In this document: in pieces, positions 28,957 through 39,100 of the stretch
Layout of the letters: each line of letters starts with the position of its first letter
Position numbering within the stretch: position 1 is the first letter of the stretch
Origin: Pseudobacteriovorax sp.
Lineage (GTDB): Bacteria; Bdellovibrionota_B; Oligoflexia; Oligoflexales; Oligoflexaceae
Direction of reading: 5' to 3'
NCBI GenBank assembly: GCA_013215145.1
Contig: JABSRP010000053.1
Coordinates: 1 to 44,081 of the forward strand
Length of the DNA: 44,081 nt
Notes under the pieces: generated by a model
Told to the model about the DNA's origin: nothing
The model's database searches: none
The model's input: the letters and a program-made list of their open reading frames with translations, nothing else
Translations under genes and position numbers: made by a program

Positions 28957-29403
28957 TTAAGAGCGGCAGGGAAGTTTGAATTCTTGATGTATATCGTTTT
29001 GTGTAGCTATGAACTCCTTCTCTACGCGATGACCATCGAGACTCAAAAACAGTAGCCTGTGCTTTTTGCCATCTTCCAATCTTTCAGTCATCGTGACCCG
29101 ATAATCGTGAGGTTCTACTTCTTTAATGACATGATTTTTATGATTTCGGAGTTCGAGCTTTGTTCGGAAAAGTGGGACCGTGTTGGCACAATTGAGCGGG
29201 CTTCTGATGGTAATGGTTATATCCACATGCTTGACTGCTCTGGCTATAACATTGGTCAAGCCTGCCTGGGATGTAATAGGTGTTGAGATGGGAGATGTGG
29301 GCAGTACATCATCTTTGTGAGCCCAGTAGCAACTGGTTTGAGCTGTGACAACTAATACTAGGCTCGCTACCGCAATTTGGGTTCTATGCTGAAAGGCTGG
29401 CAT
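28957..29403 (-). CDS. Secreted hypothetical protein (148 aa)
   Basis: N-terminal hydrophobic signal segment. No domain recognised. Confidence 0.45.
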   Translation of the reverse strand: MPAFQHRTQIAVASLVLVVTAQTSCYWAHKDDVLPTSPISTPITSQAGLTNVIARAVKHVDITITIRSPLNCANTVPLFRTKLELRNHKNHVIKEVEPHDYRVTMTERLEDGKKHRLLFLSLDGHRVEKEFIATQNDIHQEFKLPCRS

Positions 29404-29776
29404 GTGTAAGTTATCATCCCTAATTGTCAGACTCGAAACGTCTTCTTATTATAGCAAACGTTGCCCTTATTCACTAAAACATAGCCAGATATGGCTTCGT
29501 GAATACTGACGTTTTGGCAATAAATTTATTGCGACAAAATTTTCAACAACGTGACGATAGAACACAAAATACTTCAGATTAGTCAGTGGTATCGATCTAA
29601 GTTTAAACAAGTAACTTTTTAAGTTTCTGACTTAATAAGGATTTTCGGAGTTTATGGATTCAAGCTCCTAAACTCAAACGATTAATTCTCATAGGCAAAC
29701 CTTTACTACCGACAACTATCAGCAACCGAAGGTTACACGGTTTTGCTGCTAAATCGGATCAAAAAAGGAATTTGAT

Positions 29777-31405
29777 ATGAGGTCTTATTTACCATCTGGG
29801 ATATTTTTCACCGTCCTAGTTAGTCTGACTCTATCTTGCGGGAGTAAAGATGAGGAAGACGGAGATGTTTCTGCTACGAGTGGAACAGAGTTTAACGAAG
29901 ACGGTTTTCTGGACAGTGGCGTTGGAGTCCTTCGGATCGGAGTCAGTGCCGCCTCCGGAGAAACCGCCACAAGTGGACTTAGAGTTGCCGAACCCACAGA
30001 TCCAAACGAAAAATACTATTTTGGCAAGCGCTCTCTGGGTGGCGGAGCCGATGAACTGACGATTTATATAACAAAAATGGTGCTCAAAGACAGCAGTGCC
30101 AGCGAAGAGGTTCCCATTTTTGTCAACCCAGATGGTAAACCGCTTAGGATTGTGGGAAATCGGGTAGATATGAGCAACTTTTTTACTGAAATTGGATGCT
30201 ATAGCGAGGCAGGAGATGTCTTACCAGATCCATGTCCGTGCGGTGTCGATGTCGACGGTAATATTATCGAACAGGTTGATGCGTTAAATGATGATGGATC
30301 TGTCGCAACTGATCCCGAAACGGGTGAAGTCCTAAAAGCTTGTCCGCTAACGGAAACATCGGACACTGGCGAGCCACCAGTGGTTGAGAAGAATCCTATT
30401 GCGTTTATTAACGTGTCCCAGGTCGGTAGTTTCGATACCTTGAAGGTTAGTTATCGGAATGATGCTTTGGCATCGGGTTGCGTACAGGGGTACGTCCAAA
30501 GAGCTGACGTCCCTGATTCCGACGAAAATGCTCACAATGTGGTTGAGTGGGAGCGTTACTGTACCAAGTCGGCCCAAGGTTCCGATAAAACGGAAGCTGG
30601 TGAAAGCTTTGCAAGATCAACCTTTGCTGACGCGACAGGTACCGCCGAGGGAGAGCTTCAAACCATATATCTGACAGCACAATACACTGGAGAAAATCCT
30701 ACCGCGAATGCAGATTATGAGATCACTGGCGGAATCACTATCACTGAAGATGATTCTAATAGCCCACAGATCACCATGCTTATCGATGTCGGTAGTCTTT
30801 TGCGATTTCATATCGATGACAATATCGAGGGACGTAAGCATAACGAGTTTGAGACATGGAACGGAGCCTTTTTCTATGTAAGACAATTTAGTGCCCAAAA
30901 CTTTGTATTTGTCGGCGAAGCAGGCTCGATTCGTGGGTATACCTTGGAGTTAAATCTAAAAGAACAGAATGAAGATCTCTTGAATACTCCATCGGGAACC
31001 GCAGCTAATCCGTCGGCCTATGATGAGTGCGTTCTTACCAACAACGACTGCTCCTTTGTGGGTAAGGGAAGAATCTCTCTTATTTATGACAAAGACGGCA
31101 GCCCTTTGCTGTTTAACCTGACGACAATCGTTGGTAATTCCTGGGATTTTGCTACGCAAAGCCGAGAGGGAGCCGAAGCTGGACAGGCTATCTCCGCCGA
31201 TGAAAGCCTTGCTGGAACGTATAAGCTTGAGTATGAAAATACAGACGGACAAGGAGATGTGTCGGATACTAAGATATATCAACTGGGTCTTGATGTGGAT
31301 GTTGGTTCAAGTTTTACCTCCTATGGCTATCGATTTATTCAGACTTCTGCCGGAGAAACACGGATGTATAACTGGGGTAAGCTAGTAGGTACGAGAGAGT
31401 ACTAG
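29777..31405 (+). CDS. Large lipoprotein of unknown function (542 aa)
   Basis: Signal peptide with the lipobox LTLSCG. The mature part is Gly/Asp/Thr-rich. No known domain. Confidence 0.6.
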   Translation: MRSYLPSGIFFTVLVSLTLSCGSKDEEDGDVSATSGTEFNEDGFLDSGVGVLRIGVSAASGETATSGLRVAEPTDPNEKYYFGKRSLGGGADELTIYITKMVLKDSSASEEVPIFVNPDGKPLRIVGNRVDMSNFFTEIGCYSEAGDVLPDPCPCGVDVDGNIIEQVDALNDDGSVATDPETGEVLKACPLTETSDTGEPPVVEKNPIAFINVSQVGSFDTLKVSYRNDALASGCVQGYVQRADVPDSDENAHNVVEWERYCTKSAQGSDKTEAGESFARSTFADATGTAEGELQTIYLTAQYTGENPTANADYEITGGITITEDDSNSPQITMLIDVGSLLRFHIDDNIEGRKHNEFETWNGAFFYVRQFSAQNFVFVGEAGSIRGYTLELNLKEQNEDLLNTPSGTAANPSAYDECVLTNNDCSFVGKGRISLIYDKDGSPLLFNLTTIVGNSWDFATQSREGAEAGQAISADESLAGTYKLEYENTDGQGDVSDTKIYQLGLDVDVGSSFTSYGYRFIQTSAGETRMYNWGKLVGTREY

Positions 31406-31950
31406 CGATAGGTCTGTTTTTTAGATGAACACATCAATTATGAATTGATTGCTCCCCATGTGAAGGGGAGCTGCCTCTATTTAAGTTCCTAGATACTATA
31501 ACAAAAAATGATTTCTGCAAAACTTTATTCTATTATATTAAACAGACGTTTCTCGCTTACGTTACTAGACTTAAAAAATCTTGTTCAGAGTGTTAAGTGA
31601 ATTTGACAAAATGTTCATTACCTCACGTAGATTTTTTGACATTTTTCCTGGAATTGTCAAGTTTTTGGGGATGAAATGTCTAAGGTTCAAACAGATTTGG
31701 TTACCAACCATATCATTTAAGGCACATACAGATGGTATATTATCTGCTTTAGAAAAGATACAACTGCCAAGAAAACATGACAATCAACGATTGTAGATAA
31801 AAGAGAGATGTCCAAAATTTCTTTCTAAGAAAGATCATCCTATCTCTTTAGTAATCTGCAGAATTGCTTGAATACGGAAACAAGTGATTGCTGATGATCT
31901 TGAATTTTTGGAACAAAAGTACAACAGACGTTAATTGAAAGGAAACTGTT

Positions 31951-33054
31951 ATGATGATTCGAGCAAAGCACTTATTACTTGTAGTAGGAATTTTAGGAAC
32001 AGCATGTAAATCAGAAAAACAAGATAAAACAAATTTTGATGCTAATGCTGCTGATGTAGTGGCTGAGGTTCAAGATCCAAATGCCGTTGATCCGGCCGTT
32101 GAAGATGTTAGCGAATCCGTTCAAGAGGCTGATGCTATCATCCCAGGACAGATAGAACTTGTAGATGATTTTAGTCCATTCTCCGAACAAATTGCTGCCA
32201 CGGTTGCACAAGTGTCTGCAGATATAGATGGGAAAGATGTCGCCTACACTCTTGAATTTGATGAAGATGAGTTGGACGACGATGAAGATAACCTTTTCAG
32301 CCTATACTTTACGAGTTTAGTCCCATTCGCAATGACAACTACCGATCAACTAGCGGTGACAGCAAGTACCTGTATGAAGGATGCGCTAGATCCTACGGCG
32401 AAAGCAAAAGTAAACGGAGGATTAGTCTACATACAGCAGGAAGAGACGTCCTATCCTGAGGAATGCACCCAAATTGTGATTAAAGAAACTTTAGATAAAC
32501 TAGGCGAAGTTGCTGGTAATCAGATTATAGAAGTCGAAGTCAAACGAAGCATGCAGAAATTTATCGAGTGTGAAAACGCTATTGAAGTTATACCCGGAAT
32601 GAAGGTAGCTGAGATTGATGGGCTTTGCGGTCGCGTCAAAAACGAGACTCAGGTCTTTACTAGGCAGGTAAATCGTTTTGAAGTAACTCCTGAGGGTGTC
32701 ATCATCCAATCTCTCAGTTCCGATACATATACCCAAGTTATTGTGGGTACTGCAGATAATACATGTAAGAAAGCCTTTGTTGAGGATAGTACTAACATCG
32801 TAGATTGCAAGACGATCGAAACTATCGAGCGCGATGGTGTTATCACAGAAAAGATCATCAGAAATTGGGCCAATATAGAGGGTGTGTCTCAAGTTCTTCT
32901 ACCACAGTCAGGTATTTTAACTATGGAAGTTAACAATGTGACTGCAGAAATCGAGTTTGTTGGTGATGATTCCTACGATTTAGAGGTGGAAGGCGATGGT
33001 TTCGATGAAGAATTAGAAGTTTCCAATGAATTCCTTGCCGAATTAAACGGCTAG
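31951..33054 (+). CDS. Acidic lipoprotein of unknown function (367 aa)
   Basis: Signal peptide with the lipobox LGTAC. The content is strongly acidic. Confidence 0.6.
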   Translation: MMIRAKHLLLVVGILGTACKSEKQDKTNFDANAADVVAEVQDPNAVDPAVEDVSESVQEADAIIPGQIELVDDFSPFSEQIAATVAQVSADIDGKDVAYTLEFDEDELDDDEDNLFSLYFTSLVPFAMTTTDQLAVTASTCMKDALDPTAKAKVNGGLVYIQQEETSYPEECTQIVIKETLDKLGEVAGNQIIEVEVKRSMQKFIECENAIEVIPGMKVAEIDGLCGRVKNETQVFTRQVNRFEVTPEGVIIQSLSSDTYTQVIVGTADNTCKKAFVEDSTNIVDCKTIETIERDGVITEKIIRNWANIEGVSQVLLPQSGILTMEVNNVTAEIEFVGDDSYDLEVEGDGFDEELEVSNEFLAELNG

Positions 33055-33513
33055 ATTCCGCATAAAGGTGGTCTGCCTGAAGGGTAGACCACAGCTTATT
33101 CGACCTTATGTCTCTTACATAGCATCCACCCTTCAAAAACCGAGTCTATCTTCCCCTTTTCCGATTAAGAATGAATCCCCAGAAAATGAAACCCTTAGAG
33201 CTTTGATGGGCCGAGCGAAACTGTGTTTTTTAATATAGCCATATTGGCGTAAATGAAAAAAAATGCAATATCTCGTGTTATTTAGCGTCCTATTAGAGAC
33301 AGTTCGCATAAATATAGATAGCAGCGATCTCAAATCTTGGAAGACATACTATAGGTATTCGTTTGGCAGTACCGCTTAGCATCAGAACTTTGATGAGCTG
33401 ATAAAGTATGAAGATAGTTTTTCGGCTGTGTTTATAGGTGTTTGGCGCAATATAAGGGATCCGATTTCATGGTTTGATCCCCGTGTCCGAGATGAGGGAA
33501 AAGGAGAGTTATC

Positions 33514-34122
33514 GTGGACTTTTTGAGTTTAGCGTTTCGCTTACCAAGCTTGCCTTTCTCAATTCTGTTTGGACTTTCGATTCTCTATTGGGTGGGTACC
33601 ATAGTCGGGTTTTTCGACTTAGATGGTTTGGACCTAGATTTCGAGATAGGCGACGTTTCAGCTTTGGGTAAGGTCTTAGACCTATTTGGAATTGGTAGAG
33701 TTCCAAGCTCTATTTGGCTGAGCTTTTTTGCCTTAAGCGCCCTAATCTTATCTATAAACCTTAATCACCTTGCCGATTCAGTGATTCCCACCTGGACCGA
33801 TAGCATACGGCTAGTGGTATTTGGTATTCCGGTAGTGATTGTTTCCTCGTTGTTGGCAAGGCTACTGTCATCGCCTTTTGCTCCTCTCTTTCGAGGATTA
33901 AATCGACAAAAGGTGTTTTCGATTGAAGGAAAGACTGTACATGTCACTTCGAGCTCGGTGGACCAGAGTTTTGGAATAGCAGAGTTTCGTGATGGCGGCT
34001 CGCCCATTATATTAGATGTCCGCAGCATTGATGAGGAAACCCTTGTGAAGGATGATTTGGCTGTTGTGGTACGCCATGACAAAAAAAATAACACCTATTA
34101 CATTCATAAACATATTACTTAG
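33514..34122 (+). CDS. YqiJ/NfeD-like inner-membrane protein (the short NfeD form with a C-terminal OB-fold). It is the flotillin partner
   Basis: N-terminal TM helices, a FGIGRVP motif, and a C-terminal beta-rich segment (GSPIILDVRSIDEETLVKDDLAVVV). Both match the E. coli YqiJ layout. GTG start with AAGGAGAG 5 nt upstream. It is followed 16 nt later by a flotillin gene, as in yqiJ-yqiK. Confidence 0.65.
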   Translation: MDFLSLAFRLPSLPFSILFGLSILYWVGTIVGFFDLDGLDLDFEIGDVSALGKVLDLFGIGRVPSSIWLSFFALSALILSINLNHLADSVIPTWTDSIRLVVFGIPVVIVSSLLARLLSSPFAPLFRGLNRQKVFSIEGKTVHVTSSSVDQSFGIAEFRDGGSPIILDVRSIDEETLVKDDLAVVVRHDKKNNTYYIHKHIT

Positions 34123-34137
34123 TAGAAGGTTTCAGGT

Positions 34138-36132
34138 ATGGAAAATGTTTTTATTAATTCAGGAATTGTCATTTTTGCAAGTGTCAGCTTGTTTATCTTG
34201 GGAATCGTATTTTTCATAACGCGTTTCCTGAGAAAGGTTGAACCAGGAAAAGCTCTGATTATTATTAATCCGTTCAAAAAGAATATGGCTGTTAGCTTCA
34301 CAGGAGGCGTCGTAATCCCTGTCATCCATCGTGCTGAGGTTATGGATATTTCGACCAAACAAGTTGTGGTTGAAAGGCGTGGAAAAGATGGTCTGATATG
34401 CAAAGATAATATTAGAGCTGATATTTCAGTTAACTTCTATATCAGAGTCAATAATACAGTAGAAGACGTGCGCAACGTTGCTCAAAGTATTGGAGTTGAT
34501 CGAGCCTCCCAGAAAGAAACCTTGGATGAACTATTTCAGGCCAAATTTTCGGAAGCTTTGAAAACAGTAGGCAAGAAGACCGATTTCGAAGAGCTTTTTC
34601 AGGAACGCGCTTTGTTCAAAGAAAAAATTGTTCAGGAGATAGGGCAAAACCTCAATGGCTACAGTCTGGAAGATACAGCCATTGACTATCTCGAACAAAC
34701 AGGTCTCGAATTTTTTGAGCCAAACAACATTCAAGATGCAGCCGGTATAAAAAAGATTATTGATATCACATTAGAGTTGAAAGAGCAGAAAGAAAAGCGT
34801 GAAACGGAAGCAACGGAGCGCATTCTTGAGCTAGACAGACAGAGGGCTGAGGCTAAGGCGCGTCAGGAAGCCGAAATCGCCATTCTCCAGGCGAGAGAAA
34901 ATGCTGAGCAGGAAAAAATCATCCAAGAAGAAAGGCAAAAAGCCGAACTTGCAAAGATCCGCGTTGACGAGGAATTACGAATTGCAGCGGAAAATATGGA
35001 ACGTCAGGTTGAAGTTGCTAAAAAAAGTAAGGAACGCACGGTTGCTGTTGAGACAGAGCGAGTTGAAAAAGAACGAGATCTTGAAAAGACTGACCGCGAA
35101 AAACTAGTTGCGCTTGCAGATATCGAAAAAGTGAGAGCGGTTGAAGATCAGAAGAAAACGATTCAAGAAATCATTAGACAGCGTGTGGCACTAGAACGAT
35201 CAGTGGCTGAGGAAGAAGAAAAGACTAAGGATACGGTAGCATTGGCTACTGCTAACAGAAACAAAACAGTACAATTAACAGCGGCGGAGGCCAATGCTGA
35301 AGAAAAGTTAGTAACCGAAATTAAATCTGCTGAAGCCAAAGAAAAAGCAGCAAAATATGCAGCTAATGAAATGGCAATACGCGCGGAAGCTGAGCTTGCT
35401 ACATCTAATCAGATCGCCGACGCAAAAAAAATCCTAGCCGAAGGGATCATTGCCGAATCTGCTGCGGTAGGTTTGTCTGAGGTGAAAGTAAAAGAAGCTG
35501 ATGCTGATGCTGTTCGGAAGCTGGGAGAGGCCGAAGCTCATGCCTTGACCTTCAAGTCTAGAGCTGAAGCCGAGGCCATTCGGGAAAAAGGAACCTCTGA
35601 AGCGCAAATTATTGCTGATAAGGCCAAGGCTATGCATGATCTAGACGAGGTGGGAAGAGAGCACGAAGAGTTTAAAGCCAGGCTTAATGTCCAGCAAGAA
35701 CTGGCTCTTGAAAAATTGACTGTTAGTCGCGATATAGCAAAAAATAATGCTCAGGTGATTAGTAAGGCTCTAGAAAATGCAAAGATTGACATCGTAGGAG
35801 GTGACCAAATATTCTTCGATAAACTAATTTCGGCAGTGAGTAATAGCAAGTCAATTGAAGCTCGTTTTCCAGAAGATGGAGTCTTAAATCAGGTCAAGGA
35901 TGTTTTTTTATCTGATGGAAACGGTGAGTTGATGACCAAGCTAAGAGGAGTCATTGATACTCTTGGTGTTGGGTCAAAAGCAATGAAAGATTATAGTATC
36001 GCGGGACTACTTAATAAATTGCATAGTGAGACAAAGGATTCGTCGATTCAGGGTGTTATATCTGGACTTCTTAAAGATGCTGAGTCCGCTGGGATCAATG
36101 ATCAGTCTTCGCAAATATTGTTTAATAAATAG
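34138..36132 (+). CDS. Flotillin-family SPFH/band-7 protein (664 aa, YqiK-like)
   Basis: An N-terminal TM helix is followed by an SPFH domain and a long Glu/Ala/Lys/Arg-rich coiled-coil (the flotillin-type EA repeat region). It is tightly linked to the NfeD-like gene upstream. Confidence 0.8.
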   Translation: MENVFINSGIVIFASVSLFILGIVFFITRFLRKVEPGKALIIINPFKKNMAVSFTGGVVIPVIHRAEVMDISTKQVVVERRGKDGLICKDNIRADISVNFYIRVNNTVEDVRNVAQSIGVDRASQKETLDELFQAKFSEALKTVGKKTDFEELFQERALFKEKIVQEIGQNLNGYSLEDTAIDYLEQTGLEFFEPNNIQDAAGIKKIIDITLELKEQKEKRETEATERILELDRQRAEAKARQEAEIAILQARENAEQEKIIQEERQKAELAKIRVDEELRIAAENMERQVEVAKKSKERTVAVETERVEKERDLEKTDREKLVALADIEKVRAVEDQKKTIQEIIRQRVALERSVAEEEEKTKDTVALATANRNKTVQLTAAEANAEEKLVTEIKSAEAKEKAAKYAANEMAIRAEAELATSNQIADAKKILAEGIIAESAAVGLSEVKVKEADADAVRKLGEAEAHALTFKSRAEAEAIREKGTSEAQIIADKAKAMHDLDEVGREHEEFKARLNVQQELALEKLTVSRDIAKNNAQVISKALENAKIDIVGGDQIFFDKLISAVSNSKSIEARFPEDGVLNQVKDVFLSDGNGELMTKLRGVIDTLGVGSKAMKDYSIAGLLNKLHSETKDSSIQGVISGLLKDAESAGINDQSSQILFNK

Positions 36133-36140
36133 GTATAGTA

Positions 36141-39100
36141 GTGACTATCAGTAATACGCTTACAGCTACGGGCGGCAACTTTGATATCATTAGAAAAAGA
36201 CTGATAACACAAAGCAAAGCCCTTGAGACGATACTAACGGATCTCAATCTAAGACGTAAAGATACCTTTGGAACTATCGAAAACAAGATTCTTTCGTCGG
36301 ATCGAGTTAATACACCTATCCCCTGTGTGGCTCGCGATATGGTAGCTCAGGGGGATACGTTACTTATGGCGTTTGAGGTCCATTTTGGATTAAAATCTTC
36401 GGTAAATGTTTCTGATATTTTTAGAACCTATCAATATATAGACGATAGATTTCAAGAGGTCGAAGCGACACTTATTGATGATGAACAGTTCTATCGCGAT
36501 CTTTCCGATTTGACTAAATTCTACAAAGATTGCCGATTTGCTAGATTTTTGAAGAAAAAAACATTTTTGTACATGATCTTTCATGTGGGGCGCGGTAGAG
36601 ATAAAAAAGTCTTCAAATGGGCCATTAATCCCGATGATAAACTAACTTATGTTGATAATAGATCAGATTTTGAAGTCGCTGATCCACCCCAATATAGTTT
36701 TGATTGGGAACGTATCACGCGCGATGATCATGTGTATATTGGTGAACCTCATATTAACGTTTCAGATCGACTGTTTGTTGACTGCTTGGGTGGATCGCTT
36801 ACGATAAGGATCGAGGATAACACCGAAATCGGTCATACGATTCTTCAAGAATCTGTTGATGAAACGGATCAAACCTTAGACGATGCGGTTATCGAATACG
36901 CCGTATTGGATCATATTATTATTCTCAAGATACTTCCCTACCGAGAGCAAGATGCCCGATACTTTATATATAACGATAAAAACGAAACCATTAAAAAGGT
37001 AGAGGATCTAAAAAACTGTGGAATCGCACTGCCTGAAAACGATGGACTGATGTTTCCTAACGGTTATTATCTAAGGAATGGTACTTTCCGTTCGTTTTCG
37101 CTAGAACGAAGCGATATGAAGTTCCAACAGTGTTTAGAAAGCCTGAATGGAGAAGATCTACTTTATGCCTTTCATGACCACGAGATGGGCGAATATATCT
37201 TAATCCAATATAACCGTATTGAAAAAACGGTAGGTCAACCTATTACCTGTCATGGATATGCTATATTTGGTAACGGAAAGATGGTGGTTTTTGGGGCTTC
37301 GCAAGAACCTATGAAGAGTCATAGTATTCAAACATGGAGCACATCGTTTATCGAAGATGCTAGCGTCTTTGAAGCTTCTGATGAATCTTCTATGGCGCGC
37401 ATAGGTAATAAAACATTGGTTGATGGTTTTTCTGACCTGTGGGAGATAACCAATTTAGCTAAAAAAGAAGAAAATACCTTAGCGGAATATAATGAATTAT
37501 TGAGGTTCATCCGAGAGTCTCAGGATAGGCATTATTGGTTTAGTGAAGAAGAGTTTTCCCAAATAAAACAAAAATTAGCTGATCTTCTGTCCACTGCTAC
37601 TTCTGCCGTCGATGAATTTGAAAAGGTGATTAGCGCAAAGAAAAAAAGTCATAAAGATTTTCAAGAGGCTGAGATCAATGTACAAAATCTTATTGATGCC
37701 ATAAAGATAGAGGGATTCGAAACTATTGATCCCTTCATTGAAAAGATCACCGATCTTAGATTGCAATTGGGTGAGGTTCTCTCACTGGCGGAAAATCAGT
37801 TTGCAAATGCCGAAGGGTTGGAAGTTCTTGAGGGACGACTTAAAGCAGAGCTGGATCAGCTAACGAGCTCTTGTAGTCGATTTCTTATGAGCCAAAAAGC
37901 GGTTCAGCCATTTCATGATCGTTTGGAGCAGATCTTATTGTCTATGGAGTCCGTAGAACGCTCAAAAGATCTAGAAAATGTTGATGCTGAAATCGCGAAA
38001 TATACTCTTCACCTAAATACATTAACGGATCTTATAAACGATTTGGCTACTTCCGATCCGAAGGATTCGGTTCAAATCATTGAACAATTATCTCAACTTA
38101 TTGCCGGGTCAAATCAAGTTAAAGCAAAATTCAAATCTATTCGAACCAACCTGCTTCACGAGGAGTTAGGAACCGAGTACCAAGCGCAAATGACTCTTCT
38201 GTCGCAATCGGTTTCTAGTTACCTGGAGCAAGTTGAATCTCTAGAAGATTGTGATAACTTTCTTGATCGAGTTCTCGGCAATCTAGAATCACTAGAGGTT
38301 AAGTTTTCCGAATTTCCAGACTATCTAAATGATCTTGCTGAAAAACGTGATGAATATTTTTCCGTGTTTCAGTCAAAAAGGGTTCAAATACAAGAAGCCA
38401 GCAATAAAAAAATAATGGCAATGATGGACTCTGGAGCGCGTCTTTTGAAAAGTATAAAAAAGCGCTCGATCCACCTCGAAACGTGTCAACAGATTTCTAC
38501 TTTTTTCGTCACCGACAGTATGGTTACCAGATTACAAACAGTTGCTGATGAGATGGCTAAACTAGGTGAGACGGTGAAAGCTGAGGATTTAAGGGGGCAG
38601 CTTAAAAAAATTAGGCAAGATGCCTTAAGGCAGCTGAAAGATAAACAGGATTTATTTCAACTTGGTGAAAATATCATAACTTTGGGTCAGCATAGTTTTC
38701 AAGTGAGTGACCTGTCGGTGGATCTCTCCATTATTGAGCGTAGCGATGGACCCAATATTCATATATCTAGTACTGATTTTTTTCAGGCTATTCCAGAAGG
38801 AAGTTTGAACTCTTCAAAAACTCTGTCTCAACAAACAGTCGTCAGTGAGACAAAAAAAGTATATCGATCGGTTTATCTCGCTTATTATTATGTGCAGAGT
38901 CTATATGCTGGCGAGAGGCCTTTAAATTTAAGTCAATTGCTCTCTAACTCAAGTAGTCTAGACGGTGTAGAGGATGAAGCCCTCGAAAAAGATATCCTTT
39001 CTTTTATGCAGAGTAGGTTAGACGAAGGCTATGAAAAAGGCGTACACGATAGAGATGGCTATAGAATTATCGGTCGTATACTTCCTATTCTCGCTCATGA

